A stretch of 64,000 nucleotides of DNA. Source: an uncultured Nitrososphaerota archaeon (GTDB taxonomy: Archaea; Thermoproteota; EX4484-205; JAAOZP01). The translations under genes were made by a program, and so were the position numbers. Positions 38,204 to 47,942 of this stretch are shown here, piece by piece. The notes beneath the pieces were generated by a model. That model was not told where the DNA came from and ran no database searches. It saw only the letters and a list, made by a program, of their open reading frames with translations. Within the stretch, counting starts at the first letter, position 1. The number at the start of each line of letters is the position of its first letter. The stretch covers positions 1 to 64,000 of the forward strand of contig CAYQCW010000005.1 of assembly GCA_964416155.1 (NCBI GenBank), in the 5' to 3' direction.

Positions 38204-39016
38204 ATGTCGGGTGGTGGTGATACGGTGATAGAGACTCTAATTGCCGTCCTAGTCGTTTTGATCACCGTGATCTCCATCCTGGCATCCTCCATCAAGATAG
38301 TGAGGGAATATGAAAGGGGGGTCATTTTCAGGCTTGGGCGTCTCGTTGGCGCCAAGGGTCCTGGGCTGTTTTTCATCATACCGGGATTCGATAGAATGCA
38401 AGTCGTCGGCTTGAGAACCGTAACATACGATGCGCGTAAGATAGCGGTGATCACGAAAGACAACATAAGATGCGATGTGGACTCCTTCGTGTATTATCGC
38501 GTGATCGACCCCGTTAAGGCCGTCTGCGAAGTGGCGAATTACGTTCAAGCCACTCAAAACTTGGCAAAAACCGTATTGCGGGATGTCCTAGGCCACGCAG
38601 AGCTTGATGATTTGTTGACGAAGACCCCTGAGCTCACAAAGCAAATTCAACGGGAGTTGGATGAAATGACCGATCCTTGGGGGATAAAGGTCAGTGCTGT
38701 CGTAATAAGCGACATCATCCTTCCGGTTGAGATGCAGAGGGCGATCGCGAAACAAGCCGAGGCTGAGAGGGAGAGGAGGTCGAGGATAATCGTGGCCGAA
38801 GGGGAATATATGGCGGCGGAGAAGATGACAGAGGCCGCTAAGCTTTATGAAAGAAATCCAATAGCCCTTAAGCTCAGAGAGCTCCAAACGCTTGCAGAGA
38901 TCTCACGGGAAAAGAACCTCATAGTGGTCACTTCTACGACTGACTTACGGGAACTGGGAAACATAGTTGCCATGACGCGTGCAACCACCGAAAGTGGAGA
39001 ACAGGCTAAGAGGTAA
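38204..39016 (+). CDS. SPFH/band-7 (stomatin-like) protein
   Basis: IKIVREYERGVIFRLGR, DPWGIKV, QAEAERERRSRII. Confidence 0.95.
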   Translation: MSGGGDTVIETLIAVLVVLITVISILASSIKIVREYERGVIFRLGRLVGAKGPGLFFIIPGFDRMQVVGLRTVTYDARKIAVITKDNIRCDVDSFVYYRVIDPVKAVCEVANYVQATQNLAKTVLRDVLGHAELDDLLTKTPELTKQIQRELDEMTDPWGIKVSAVVISDIILPVEMQRAIAKQAEAERERRSRIIVAEGEYMAAEKMTEAAKLYERNPIALKLRELQTLAEISREKNLIVVTSTTDLRELGNIVAMTRATTESGEQAKR

Positions 39017-40332
39017 TGATCCCACGCAGAAATTCGTTAGTCTTTCTTTTCCTCCTCGTTCCATTATTGTTGGAAGTTTCCTCCTCTGCCGGTTCGGAGA
39101 GTAGGTCGGTTGTGGTTATCCGGCTTGACGGCGTAATCAATGCCGCTGCGTTGGATTTGGTTAAAGAGGGATTGGATGAGGCCCAAAAAACGGGCGCAAA
39201 GGCCATCGTGCTTCTTCTAGAGACCCCGGGTGGTCTATGGGACGCAACATACGGTATCGTCAGGCTCATCGAGCAATCGTCGATTCCGGTCGTTTCATTC
39301 GTGTACCCGAAAGGGGCTACGGCGTGGTCTGCAGGCACATTCATTGTGCTTTCTTCTCATGTGGCCGCCATGGCCCCTTACTCCGTCATCGGGTCCTGTC
39401 AACCTCGAACATATCCCTCCGGGGAATTGGTTGATGACCCAAAGCTTGTCAATGCCCTCAAGGAATTTTTGGTTCAGAGGGCAGGTATGCGTGGCAGGAA
39501 TAGGACGATCGCTGAAGAATTTGTCATAAGAAATCGCAACATAGGAGCGGAGGATGCGAAAAACCTAAACGTTATAGAGGTCGTGGCTTCCACTATCGAT
39601 GAATTGTTGTTGAACGTCGATGGAATGAACGTTGAGGTGGAAGGAAGGGGACGGGTTGTAATCCAAACCGAAAACGCGGAGATACATTATTATGGTTCAA
39701 GCATACGCGTAAGGTTTTTACGGATCATCTCCGACCCCACGATCGCGTATATCCTGTTTATCCTCGGCTTTTGGGGACTTATTTTTGGCTTCTTAACAAT
39801 CGGGTTCGAAGGGGAGATCATAGGGGGCATCCTTCTAATTTTGGGTTTAATTGGGTTGGGATTCTACGTCGATATGTTTGTAGCAATTCTCCTAATTTTA
39901 GGGGGGATTCTGATATACGTGGAGATGCGGGAACCAGGGCTCCAATTCATCGGTCCGGCCGGAGTCCTCTGTATATTAATAGGGTCGCTGCTCCTGCTCC
40001 GGTTCGACCCCGTGCGTTGGCTAATTTCCCCGCAGTGGTATTGGTTTTTCATGCTCGTGATCCTCGCTCTAATAAGCATCGTTGGAGCATTTTCGATGAT
40101 AGTTCTATATAAGGTGTTTAGAATGGCGAAAAGGAAGCCTGCCGTTCTTAAGTTCATCGGGGAAGTCGCCGTAACGATAGATGAAGTCGGCCCAGATAAG
40201 GAAGGGTTTGTTCGGTTTCATGGCGAGTATTGGAAGGCTCGTTCACATACAGATATTAAACCCGGCCAAAAGGTGAGGATCGTTGCCAAAGAAGGTTTAA
40301 TCCTTACTGTGGAGCCAGTAGAGGGAAATTAG
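39016..40332 (+). CDS. nfeD: NfeD (stomatin operon partner) membrane-bound serine protease
   Basis: LETPGG, AWSAGTFI, TM bundle and C-terminal OB domain GEYWKARS. Confidence 0.92.
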   Translation: MIPRRNSLVFLFLLVPLLLEVSSSAGSESRSVVVIRLDGVINAAALDLVKEGLDEAQKTGAKAIVLLLETPGGLWDATYGIVRLIEQSSIPVVSFVYPKGATAWSAGTFIVLSSHVAAMAPYSVIGSCQPRTYPSGELVDDPKLVNALKEFLVQRAGMRGRNRTIAEEFVIRNRNIGAEDAKNLNVIEVVASTIDELLLNVDGMNVEVEGRGRVVIQTENAEIHYYGSSIRVRFLRIISDPTIAYILFILGFWGLIFGFLTIGFEGEIIGGILLILGLIGLGFYVDMFVAILLILGGILIYVEMREPGLQFIGPAGVLCILIGSLLLLRFDPVRWLISPQWYWFFMLVILALISIVGAFSMIVLYKVFRMAKRKPAVLKFIGEVAVTIDEVGPDKEGFVRFHGEYWKARSHTDIKPGQKVRIVAKEGLILTVEPVEGN

Positions 40333-40553
40333 TTAGCATGTGGAACGATGAAGCCTAGCACAAACCATGTGTAGAGGACGCTATGAAAAGGGCCCATCGA
40401 AATTGCCGTGTTGTGCTCGCTTCTTTTCTTGCTCATTTCACATAGCATGTTGTATGCTGCAGAAAGCTAATTCTAAGAGTTATTTTCACCGGAATGGTGT
40501 TAGACAAATTTAATAGCTTTAGGTAGATGTGTAGCAAATAAAGGGCCAAAGCG

Positions 40554-42155
40554 ATGGGGGCAGAGAAAGGCGTCACAAAGTCGGAGGATTACTGGGCGGC
40601 TTGCAGAGAGATTGCTAGAATTCTCGTTTCAGATAATATTGTTGATAGGCGGATGGTTCACAGGGTTAAGCTAAGCATTTCATCAAAATTCAGACTCATC
40701 AAAGTGCCTTCTAACAGCGATATTCTTACCAGCGCGCCAGAAAGCCTTAGGGAGAGGCTTAAGAGTGTTCTGATGGTTAAGCCTTCAAGGAGTTTCTCGG
40801 GCGTGGTTGTTATCGCGGCGATGACTATGCCGATGCCCTGCCCGCATGGGAGATGCTTCTACTGTCCAGGAGGCCCCTCTAGGAATACTCCTCAGAGCTA
40901 TACTGGTCTTGAGCCGGCTGCGATGAGGGCTATTCAGAACGATTACGATGCTTTCAAACAGGTTTCCCAGAGGATTAGGCAGCTTGAGGCTGCTGGGCAT
41001 TCTGTGCAGAAGGCTGAGCTGATAGTGATGGGTGGAACGTTTCCCGCCGCCCCCTTGGAATACCAGGAGGCTTTTGTTAAAGGTTGTTTCGACGCTTTAA
41101 ACGGTGGGCCGTCAGCCTCCTTGGAGGAGGCTCACAGGCTCAACGAGTCCTCGAGAGTAAGGTGCGTAGGCTTGACTGTTGAGACAAGGCCTGACTACTG
41201 CAGGGAGGGGCATGTGGATGCGATGCTTAAAATGGGTGTTACAAGGGTTGAAATAGGTGTTCAAACGCTTAGGGACGGGGTTCTGAGTCTTGTGAAAAGG
41301 GGGCATAGTGTTGAGGATGTTGTTCAAGCGTTTAGGGTTGCTAAGGATGCTGGCCTGAAGGTCGTTGCACACATGATGCCTGGGCTACCGGGTCTCAGCT
41401 TTGAAGAATCGATTGAAGATTTCAAAACGCTCTTTCTCGACGAAAGGTTTAGGCCGGATATGATTAAGATCTACCCTACGCTAGTTGTTGAGGGCACTGG
41501 GCTCTACGAGGCCTGGGCCAGGGGGGAATACAGTCCGCTTGGCGACGAGGAGGCTGCTCAGCTTGTTGCCAGGGTTCTCGAGTTTACTCCGCCGTGGGTA
41601 AGGGTTATGAGGGTTCAGAGAGATATTCCTGCATACGCTATTGCCGCAGGCGTTAAGAAGAGCAACCTTAGAGAGCTCGCCCACAGGGTTCTCGAATCAA
41701 AGGGGGCTAGGTGCCGCTGCATAAGATGCAGGGAAGCAGGGTTCGCGAAGACTGGGGTAGACCCTGAGAAGGTCGAGCTCGTAGTGAGAAGATATAGTGC
41801 TTCAGAAGGAGTCGAGTACTTCCTCAGCTTCGAGGATGTTGAGAACGATGTTCTCCTAGCCTACCTGAGGCTCAGAGAGCCCTCTGCAAAGGCTCATAGG
41901 GCCGAGGTCAAGGAGGCTTGCACAATGATAGTTAGGGAGCTGAAGGCCCTTGGAAGGGCTCTGCCGCTTAAAGCTAGAAGCAGTGAATCATGGCAGCATA
42001 GGGGCCTGGGTGCAAGGCTTATGGCTGAAGCCGAGAAGCTGGCTAGGGAGCAAGGCGCCCGTAAGATGCTTGTTATATCCGCTGTTGGAGTAAGAGAATA
42101 CTACAGGAGGCTTGGCTACTTTTTCGACGGCACCTACATGGTTAAAAATCTGTGA
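40554..42155 (+). CDS. elp3: Elongator Elp3, tRNA uridine(34) acetyltransferase (radical SAM + GNAT)
   Basis: CPHGRCFYCPGG, QSYTGLEPAAMRA, ETRPD, RVQRDIP, WQHRGLG. Confidence 0.96.
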   Translation: MGAEKGVTKSEDYWAACREIARILVSDNIVDRRMVHRVKLSISSKFRLIKVPSNSDILTSAPESLRERLKSVLMVKPSRSFSGVVVIAAMTMPMPCPHGRCFYCPGGPSRNTPQSYTGLEPAAMRAIQNDYDAFKQVSQRIRQLEAAGHSVQKAELIVMGGTFPAAPLEYQEAFVKGCFDALNGGPSASLEEAHRLNESSRVRCVGLTVETRPDYCREGHVDAMLKMGVTRVEIGVQTLRDGVLSLVKRGHSVEDVVQAFRVAKDAGLKVVAHMMPGLPGLSFEESIEDFKTLFLDERFRPDMIKIYPTLVVEGTGLYEAWARGEYSPLGDEEAAQLVARVLEFTPPWVRVMRVQRDIPAYAIAAGVKKSNLRELAHRVLESKGARCRCIRCREAGFAKTGVDPEKVELVVRRYSASEGVEYFLSFEDVENDVLLAYLRLREPSAKAHRAEVKEACTMIVRELKALGRALPLKARSSESWQHRGLGARLMAEAEKLAREQGARKMLVISAVGVREYYRRLGYFFDGTYMVKNL

Positions 42156-42200
42156 ATACTGCGTGCTAAGGTTAAAATACCTCCATAAGCATTCTAGCCC

Positions 42201-44072
42201 GTGTTGGGCTCTCTGAAAGTAGGCTTAGAGTTTCACCAGCGTCTAGCATTCCACAAGCTTTTCTGCAGCTGTCCCTCCACATCCTCCGGGGAAGCCTCGG
42301 GGAAAGTATTGAGGAGGCTTAGGGCTTCTGCGAGCGAGCTGGGGGAGCTGGACCCTGCCGCGCTTGCTGAAGCCTCTAGAAGCAGGTTGTTCACCTATCA
42401 TGTTGACGACTCGTTCAACTGCCTCGTTGAGCTGGACGAGGAGCCTCCCCATCTTATTGACGATGAGATTCTCGACGCGGCGCTGGAGATAGCTCTTTAC
42501 TTCAACATGACTGTTGTCGACGAGGCTCGGGTGATGAGGAAGACCGTTATAGACGGTAGCAATACTTCAGGCTTCCAGAGAACACTGCTGGTGGCATTAG
42601 GGAATGACGATTCTGTCGTAGAGACGAGCGAGGGCCCGGTTAGGCTGAAGAGCCTCTGCCTAGAGGAGGAGTCTGCCTTCATAGTTGAAAGCGGCAGGGA
42701 AGCCGCGGAGTATAGGCTCGACAGGCTGGGGATCCCTCTTGTCGAAATCGCTACTGAACCGGATATTAAGAGCCCGTCGCAGGCTCTTGAGACCGCTGAG
42801 GAAGTCGGACTGGCCTTAAGGATGACTGGGAAAGTTATGAGGGGGCTTGGCACCATTAGGCAGGATCTGAACATAAGTATTGAGGGCGGCGCTAGGCAGG
42901 AGATTAAGGGTGTCCAGAATCTCAAGCTGATTCCGGAGATTGTTGAGAGAGAAGTTTTGAGGCAGAACAACCTGCTTAGTCTCAGAGACGTTTTGAGGGA
43001 GAGGTGCTCTCCTGAAAGCCTCACCTATAATCCTGTAGACCTGACGAGCATCTTCAGGGAAACCCGTTCCAAACTAATATCGAAGGCTCTTTCAAGAGGG
43101 GAGGTTGTCTACGGTTTGAAGGCGCCTGGTTTCAAGGGCCTGCTCGGAATGGAGCTTCAGCCCGGTAGGAGGTTCGGAACCGAGCTGGCTGACTACGCTA
43201 GGGTCTGGGGTGGGTTGCAAGGCATAATTCACACGGACGAGCTGCCGGGGTACGGAATATCCGAGGAAGAACTCAAGGAGGCATACGGGGTTCTCAACCT
43301 CTCCAGCGAAGACGCTGCGGTGCTCGTAGTCGGAGAACCCGGAAGGGTTAAGGCTGCTTTGAAGGCTGTTTACAGCAGGCTGCTTAAAGCTTTCGAAGGC
43401 GTGTCTTCGGAGACTAGAAGGGCTCTTGAAGACGGTAACACTGACTACCTTAGGCCCCTCCCAGGCTCTGCGAGAATGTATCCTGAGACAGATATTCCGC
43501 CGATCCCTGTCTCCAGAGAGAGGCTTGAGAGAATAAGGATAATGCTTCCTAAGAAGCCTCGGGAGAAGGTTAAGGAGCTTGAGGCGCTCGGTTTAAGCAG
43601 CCACATGGCGCAGCAGCTGGTTAGGTCACACCATCTTTCCGTCTTCGAAAAATCCCTCCAGGCCTCGGGGCTCCCGCCTGTAGCTATAGCCTCGTTCCTG
43701 CTAAACACTCTACCATACGTTAGGAGGGAGGGTGGGAGAGAATTCAGCGACGAGGAGCTTATAACAGTGCTCAGAACCTTCCCGGGCGACCTGCCTAGGG
43801 AAATGATTCAGGACGCCCTGACGCTTTTCGCCTATAAGCATATGAGCCTAGGGGAGGTTTACGAGGAGCTTAGGCGTAGAAGGGTTGGGGAGGAGGATTT
43901 AAGGGCTGAGGCTAAACGCCTCGTGGATGAGAACATTTCCTACGTTAAGGAGAAGGGTGTCGACTCGGTTAAACTGTTAATGGGCAGGATGATGGAGAAA
44001 TTCAGGGGGGTTGCAGAGGGCTCAACGATCTACAGGATTCTAATGGAGGAGGTTAAGAGGAGGCTGGAGTGA
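42201..44072 (+). CDS. gatE: Glu-tRNA(Gln) amidotransferase subunit E
   Basis: KVGLEFHQ, DGSNTSGFQRT, RLDRLGIPLVEIAT, RPLPGSARMYPETD. Confidence 0.96.
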   Translation: MLGSLKVGLEFHQRLAFHKLFCSCPSTSSGEASGKVLRRLRASASELGELDPAALAEASRSRLFTYHVDDSFNCLVELDEEPPHLIDDEILDAALEIALYFNMTVVDEARVMRKTVIDGSNTSGFQRTLLVALGNDDSVVETSEGPVRLKSLCLEEESAFIVESGREAAEYRLDRLGIPLVEIATEPDIKSPSQALETAEEVGLALRMTGKVMRGLGTIRQDLNISIEGGARQEIKGVQNLKLIPEIVEREVLRQNNLLSLRDVLRERCSPESLTYNPVDLTSIFRETRSKLISKALSRGEVVYGLKAPGFKGLLGMELQPGRRFGTELADYARVWGGLQGIIHTDELPGYGISEEELKEAYGVLNLSSEDAAVLVVGEPGRVKAALKAVYSRLLKAFEGVSSETRRALEDGNTDYLRPLPGSARMYPETDIPPIPVSRERLERIRIMLPKKPREKVKELEALGLSSHMAQQLVRSHHLSVFEKSLQASGLPPVAIASFLLNTLPYVRREGGREFSDEELITVLRTFPGDLPREMIQDALTLFAYKHMSLGEVYEELRRRRVGEEDLRAEAKRLVDENISYVKEKGVDSVKLLMGRMMEKFRGVAEGSTIYRILMEEVKRRLE

Positions 44073-45421
44073 AAATGCCTTATTCTAAAGAGGTTGAGAA
44101 AGCTCTTTCCGAGAAAGGCGTTAAGCCGGGTGACAGGATTATGCTTAAACGGGGCAAGCTTATCGTGGAAGGCATTCTCCTTCCCCGGGAGGAGGTGGAC
44201 TTTGGAGACGGGAGTGTTCTCGTCATAAAGCTTGACAACGGTTACAACGTTGGATTCAGGCTTGACGACGGCGAGATAGTTAAGCTCGAGGGATCAGTTG
44301 AACTCGGAAGGTTTAAGGCTTTGGAGAAGGTTGAGCAAGACAAGACGCTTCCACCGGTTTCAATATTTTCCACGGGCGGAACAATAAGCGCTAGAATAGA
44401 CTATTATACTGGAGGAGTCTCAATGCTTTTCACGCCTGAAGAAGTATTCTACAATGTTCCGGAGGTTTTGAAAACAGCCTACTTGAGAAGGGTTGAAAGA
44501 CTATTCAGCCTAGCGTCGGAAGACATGACTCACAGGGAATGGTCCACCATGGCTAGGAGGGCTGCTGAAAGCCTAGCTGAGGGTGACGCTGGAGTTCTAA
44601 TTCTACACGGGACCGACACGATGCACTATTCTTCAGCAGCCCTCTCCTTCATGCTTAGGGGTTTGAACGCTCCAGTCGTGCTCATAGGTTCGCAGAGATC
44701 CAGTGACAGGGGTTCCAGGGACTCGGATATAAACATAATCTGCGGGCTTCACGCGGCCACCAGGATGAACCTGGGGGAGGTGGTTGCATGCATGCACGCT
44801 GAGTCCGGGGATACTTTCAACAACGTGATAAGGGGTACGAGGGTGAGAAAGATGCACTCTACGAGGAGGGATGCTTTCAAACCGGTGAACACGCCGCCAT
44901 TGGCCCGTGTCTGGCCGGATGGAAGGATCGAGATGGTTGAGAAAGAGTTCAGGCCCAGGGGCACGGAGCCTCCTACTGTTGACGATGCTTTCGAGCCTAA
45001 GACTGCGCTGGTTAAAGCGTATCCCGGCTCAGACCCTGAGATTATTGATTTCCTGGTGGACAAGGATTACAGGGGTATTGTGATAGAGGGAACAGGAATG
45101 GGCCATGTTCCAACAGAACCGTTAGATGGAAGACTCTCCTGGGTGGGGAGCGTGAGAAGAGGGTTAGAGGAGGGCGTGATTATAGCCATGGCTTCTCAAT
45201 GCGTTTTCGGCAGAGTTGACCCATACGTTTACAGGAATGCGCGGATAATGATGAAGCTGGGCGTAGTTTACTGTGAAGACATGCTGAGCGAAGTGGCATA
45301 TGTTAAGCTCGGGTGGCTCCTGGGCCATGGTTTCGACGATGAGACTGTTAAGAAGCTGATGCTGCATAATTTCGCGGGTGAAATCTCCGAGAGATCCCTC
45401 TTCTCGACCTACCGGCTTTAA
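44069..45421 (+). CDS. gatD: Glu-tRNA(Gln) amidotransferase subunit D
   Basis: IKLDNGYNVG, STGGTIS, HGTDTM, GSQRSSDRGS, RKMHSTRRDAF. Confidence 0.96.
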   Translation: MKMPYSKEVEKALSEKGVKPGDRIMLKRGKLIVEGILLPREEVDFGDGSVLVIKLDNGYNVGFRLDDGEIVKLEGSVELGRFKALEKVEQDKTLPPVSIFSTGGTISARIDYYTGGVSMLFTPEEVFYNVPEVLKTAYLRRVERLFSLASEDMTHREWSTMARRAAESLAEGDAGVLILHGTDTMHYSSAALSFMLRGLNAPVVLIGSQRSSDRGSRDSDINIICGLHAATRMNLGEVVACMHAESGDTFNNVIRGTRVRKMHSTRRDAFKPVNTPPLARVWPDGRIEMVEKEFRPRGTEPPTVDDAFEPKTALVKAYPGSDPEIIDFLVDKDYRGIVIEGTGMGHVPTEPLDGRLSWVGSVRRGLEEGVIIAMASQCVFGRVDPYVYRNARIMMKLGVVYCEDMLSEVAYVKLGWLLGHGFDDETVKKLMLHNFAGEISERSLFSTYRL

Positions 45422-45666
45422 TCCTTCTTTATTTTCCTTACAGTAAGAGTCTTAGCCTTCCTGTCGGATAAAACCCTGTATTCCCCGCTCAGATTCTTCC
45501 TGCTTAGAAACCATCTCACCGCCTTCCTCAGCCTAGTGTTTGAAACTTTTTCAACCACAATCTTTCCAGAGCTCTCCTCAACCTTAACGGACAGCTTCCT
45601 GCTGAGGAAGTCCCTCAGCTCCCTGAGAGATTCCCCCGGAAGCTTTGAAGCGTCTAGCTCAACCAT
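45418..45666 (-). CDS. Ribosomal protein eL22 (L22e)-like
   Basis: Basic 82-aa protein. LRDFLSRKL...KIVV...SNTRLRKAVRWFLSRKNL...YRVLS aligns by eye with eL22 FEQFLQERI...KITV...SKRYLKYLTKKYLKKNNL...LRVVA. Confidence 0.65.
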   Translation of the reverse strand: MVELDASKLPGESLRELRDFLSRKLSVKVEESSGKIVVEKVSNTRLRKAVRWFLSRKNLSGEYRVLSDRKAKTLTVRKIKKD

Positions 45667-45717
45667 GGTTTAAGCGTGAACAGGCGGGTTTAAATTGTTT
45701 ACTGATGCCTGTATACG

Positions 45718-46335
45718 TCAAGACCAGAGCCTGATAACCATGCTGGTGAAACCCTGGTTCCCAACTAGAGCAGCCATGTAGAAACCCATCAACCCCATTT
45801 CAATCCAGGCTTTAGCAAGTATGGGTATGAGGAGGGTTACTAGAAAGCCTGCAGCCGCCGGGGGGGCGAAGAGGGGGATAATAACCAGGAAGAAGAATAC
45901 TGTGAAAAGGCATTCCGGAACATATCCGAGGAGTGTGGAAAAAATAGTTAGTAAGCCTTTTCTTCTTCTCTCCATGATCCTGAGGCTCCGGCTAAGCAAG
46001 CCAACAGTCAGGCCTGTAAGCATCTTGCCAACGATGAAGCCCGGTAGGAACAACCATACTAATCCGCTCGTCGAGCCGAAGTATAACCCGCCTCCAAGGC
46101 CGGCGATAACTCCGACGGCCGAGCCTGCCAAAGGGCCTCCGAAGAAGCCTGCTATCAGAGTACCCATGTGAGACAGGTCGAGAGCAACCTGACCCCAGTT
46201 TAAAACAGTTATCGAAACCAGAAACAGAATATTGCTTAAAGCCCCCATCATTCCTATGAAGGCTACTTTCCTAGCGCTGGTGGAAGCAACGATGCCCGTT
46301 GAGGTTTCAACACGCCTTCTGCTCCCCATCCTCAT
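45718..46335 (-). CDS. ECF transporter S-component-like membrane protein
   Basis: KVAFIGMMGALS, LDLSH...FFGGPLAGSAVG, about 5-6 TM helices. Confidence 0.8.
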   Translation of the reverse strand: MRMGSRRRVETSTGIVASTSARKVAFIGMMGALSNILFLVSITVLNWGQVALDLSHMGTLIAGFFGGPLAGSAVGVIAGLGGGLYFGSTSGLVWLFLPGFIVGKMLTGLTVGLLSRSLRIMERRRKGLLTIFSTLLGYVPECLFTVFFFLVIIPLFAPPAAAGFLVTLLIPILAKAWIEMGLMGFYMAALVGNQGFTSMVIRLWS

Positions 46336-47060
46336 TCAGATGCTAACATATAGCGCGCACTATATAAATTTAGAGACAGTAAACAAATTTTGTTACAGTA
46401 TGTTTTCTATAGTTTCCCCGGTATTCGAGGCTTTTTGGCCATTCCTATCCGTAATGTTCTTAGTTTCAACTCTATTAATGGTTTGAAGATTTATTGAGGA
46501 GAGATGATGAGTAAAATGGTTAGTTGTTAAGCATCGGGCTGGCACAGTAGGAAAAACATTATTTAAACTTTTGCCGACTGCAAGCTCAATTTTCAGCTTG
46601 CGCATGCTGTAAACGATTAGTTCTTAGCCATGAGTCCTGGAGGAAGATCGCAGGATTGTTGCTTATTCTCATTCACGCTATCCTGTGAGTTTCAGTAATC
46701 GTCTTGCTTTAGGCAATAGTCAGGCCGGTGCCTGTTTGTCGGCTGGGAGTAATAGGATTTTGATTTTCTAAGAGGCGGTTTGAAAGGGTTTCTTCTCCGA
46801 GGGCTGTTTTCAGAGGGGGCTGCTTCTTCCATTGGGGGATTAGATCTGCCTGTGCTTCACCTTATGATCTTAAGTTTTAATTTCAATTTTCTTTTTCTCT
46901 AGGCTACGGATTGTGATTATCCCGGTACATGTTAAATCATAACAATTGGTTTAAACGTTCTAGACTTCCGTCGAAGCTTTTATCAGCATTATGAGTCGAT
47001 TAAGACGTGTTTCACGGTTTCGAAGGGTTTAAAAAGCCTGTTTCAAGAGCTTTTTCGAGC

Positions 47061-47942
47061 TTGAAAACCATAGTGGGGCCAGCGAGCACAGGGCTGGGTG
47101 AGAAAATATGTTCCTTAGCGGGCTTGGAGAAGATTCTTTTCTACTTCAAACAGTTTCCGGACGGGGAGTTGTACGTTAGGCTGCTTGAAGATGTTACTGG
47201 GGTTGACGCTTTAATAATACAGTCTCTGTCTCCGCCTCAAGACAGGAACCTGATGCTCCTCCTCCAGCTTATATCCGCTTTCAAGATGAACGGCGGCCGG
47301 GAAGCATCAGTCTTGATTCCCTACATGGCTTATGCTCGCCAGGACAAGATGTTCCTCTCCGGGGAGCCTGTTTCAGCTCACCTTGTTGCCAGGCTTATCG
47401 AGGCTGCTGGGGCAGACAGGGTAGCGCTCGTCGAGGTTCACAGCGATGCTGCTGTTAAAGGCTTTAGAAACAGTGTTCTGATAGAGACCACTATGTCTTT
47501 CGCAGAGTATTATTTGAAAAACGGGTTTGAAAAAGCCTACGTGGTTGCACCCGATAAGAATGCTACTCTAAGGGCTAAGAAGCTTGCAAGCATTATTGGA
47601 GGCGGGGTTGGATGGGTTGAGAAAACAAGAAATAAGGAGACCGGCTGCGTCTCCTCTACTGAGGGTGAGCTCAACCCGTCTAGTAGGAAGACTATCATCA
47701 TAGACGACATTATAAGCACTGGGGGGACGATCATCGAATCCATAAAACTGCTTAAGAGCAAGGGTGCCTCCCAAATATCCGTGGCATGTGTCCACGGTCT
47801 TTTCATAGGCAATGCTTACGAGAGGATTGTTAATGCCGGTGCTTCAAGCGTGCTTTCCTCAGACACGGTTGAAACCCAGTATTCAAACATTTCCGTGGCG
47901 GGAGACGTGGTTAGAACACTCAGGGAGAAGGGCTGGCTCTGA
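47061..47942 (+). CDS. prs: Ribose-phosphate pyrophosphokinase
   Basis: FPDGELYVR, PYMAYARQDK, VVAPDK, IIDDIISTGGT. TTG 47061 is the likely start. Confidence 0.95.
   Translation: MKTIVGPASTGLGEKICSLAGLEKILFYFKQFPDGELYVRLLEDVTGVDALIIQSLSPPQDRNLMLLLQLISAFKMNGGREASVLIPYMAYARQDKMFLSGEPVSAHLVARLIEAAGADRVALVEVHSDAAVKGFRNSVLIETTMSFAEYYLKNGFEKAYVVAPDKNATLRAKKLASIIGGGVGWVEKTRNKETGCVSSTEGELNPSSRKTIIIDDIISTGGTIIESIKLLKSKGASQISVACVHGLFIGNAYERIVNAGASSVLSSDTVETQYSNISVAGDVVRTLREKGWL

Noticed and set aside
38204-40332. Stomatin-NfeD pair as the protease releasing the membrane-anchored regulator
   Set aside because: This is a common, well-described operon separated from the regulator by gene debris. Nothing in the sequence links them.
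46340-47000. Long intergenic stretch with short ORFs and an ATGATGA box-C-like word at ~46503
   Set aside because: No matching box D at a suitable distance, no recognisable protein motif and no terminal repeats. Probably decayed sequence.
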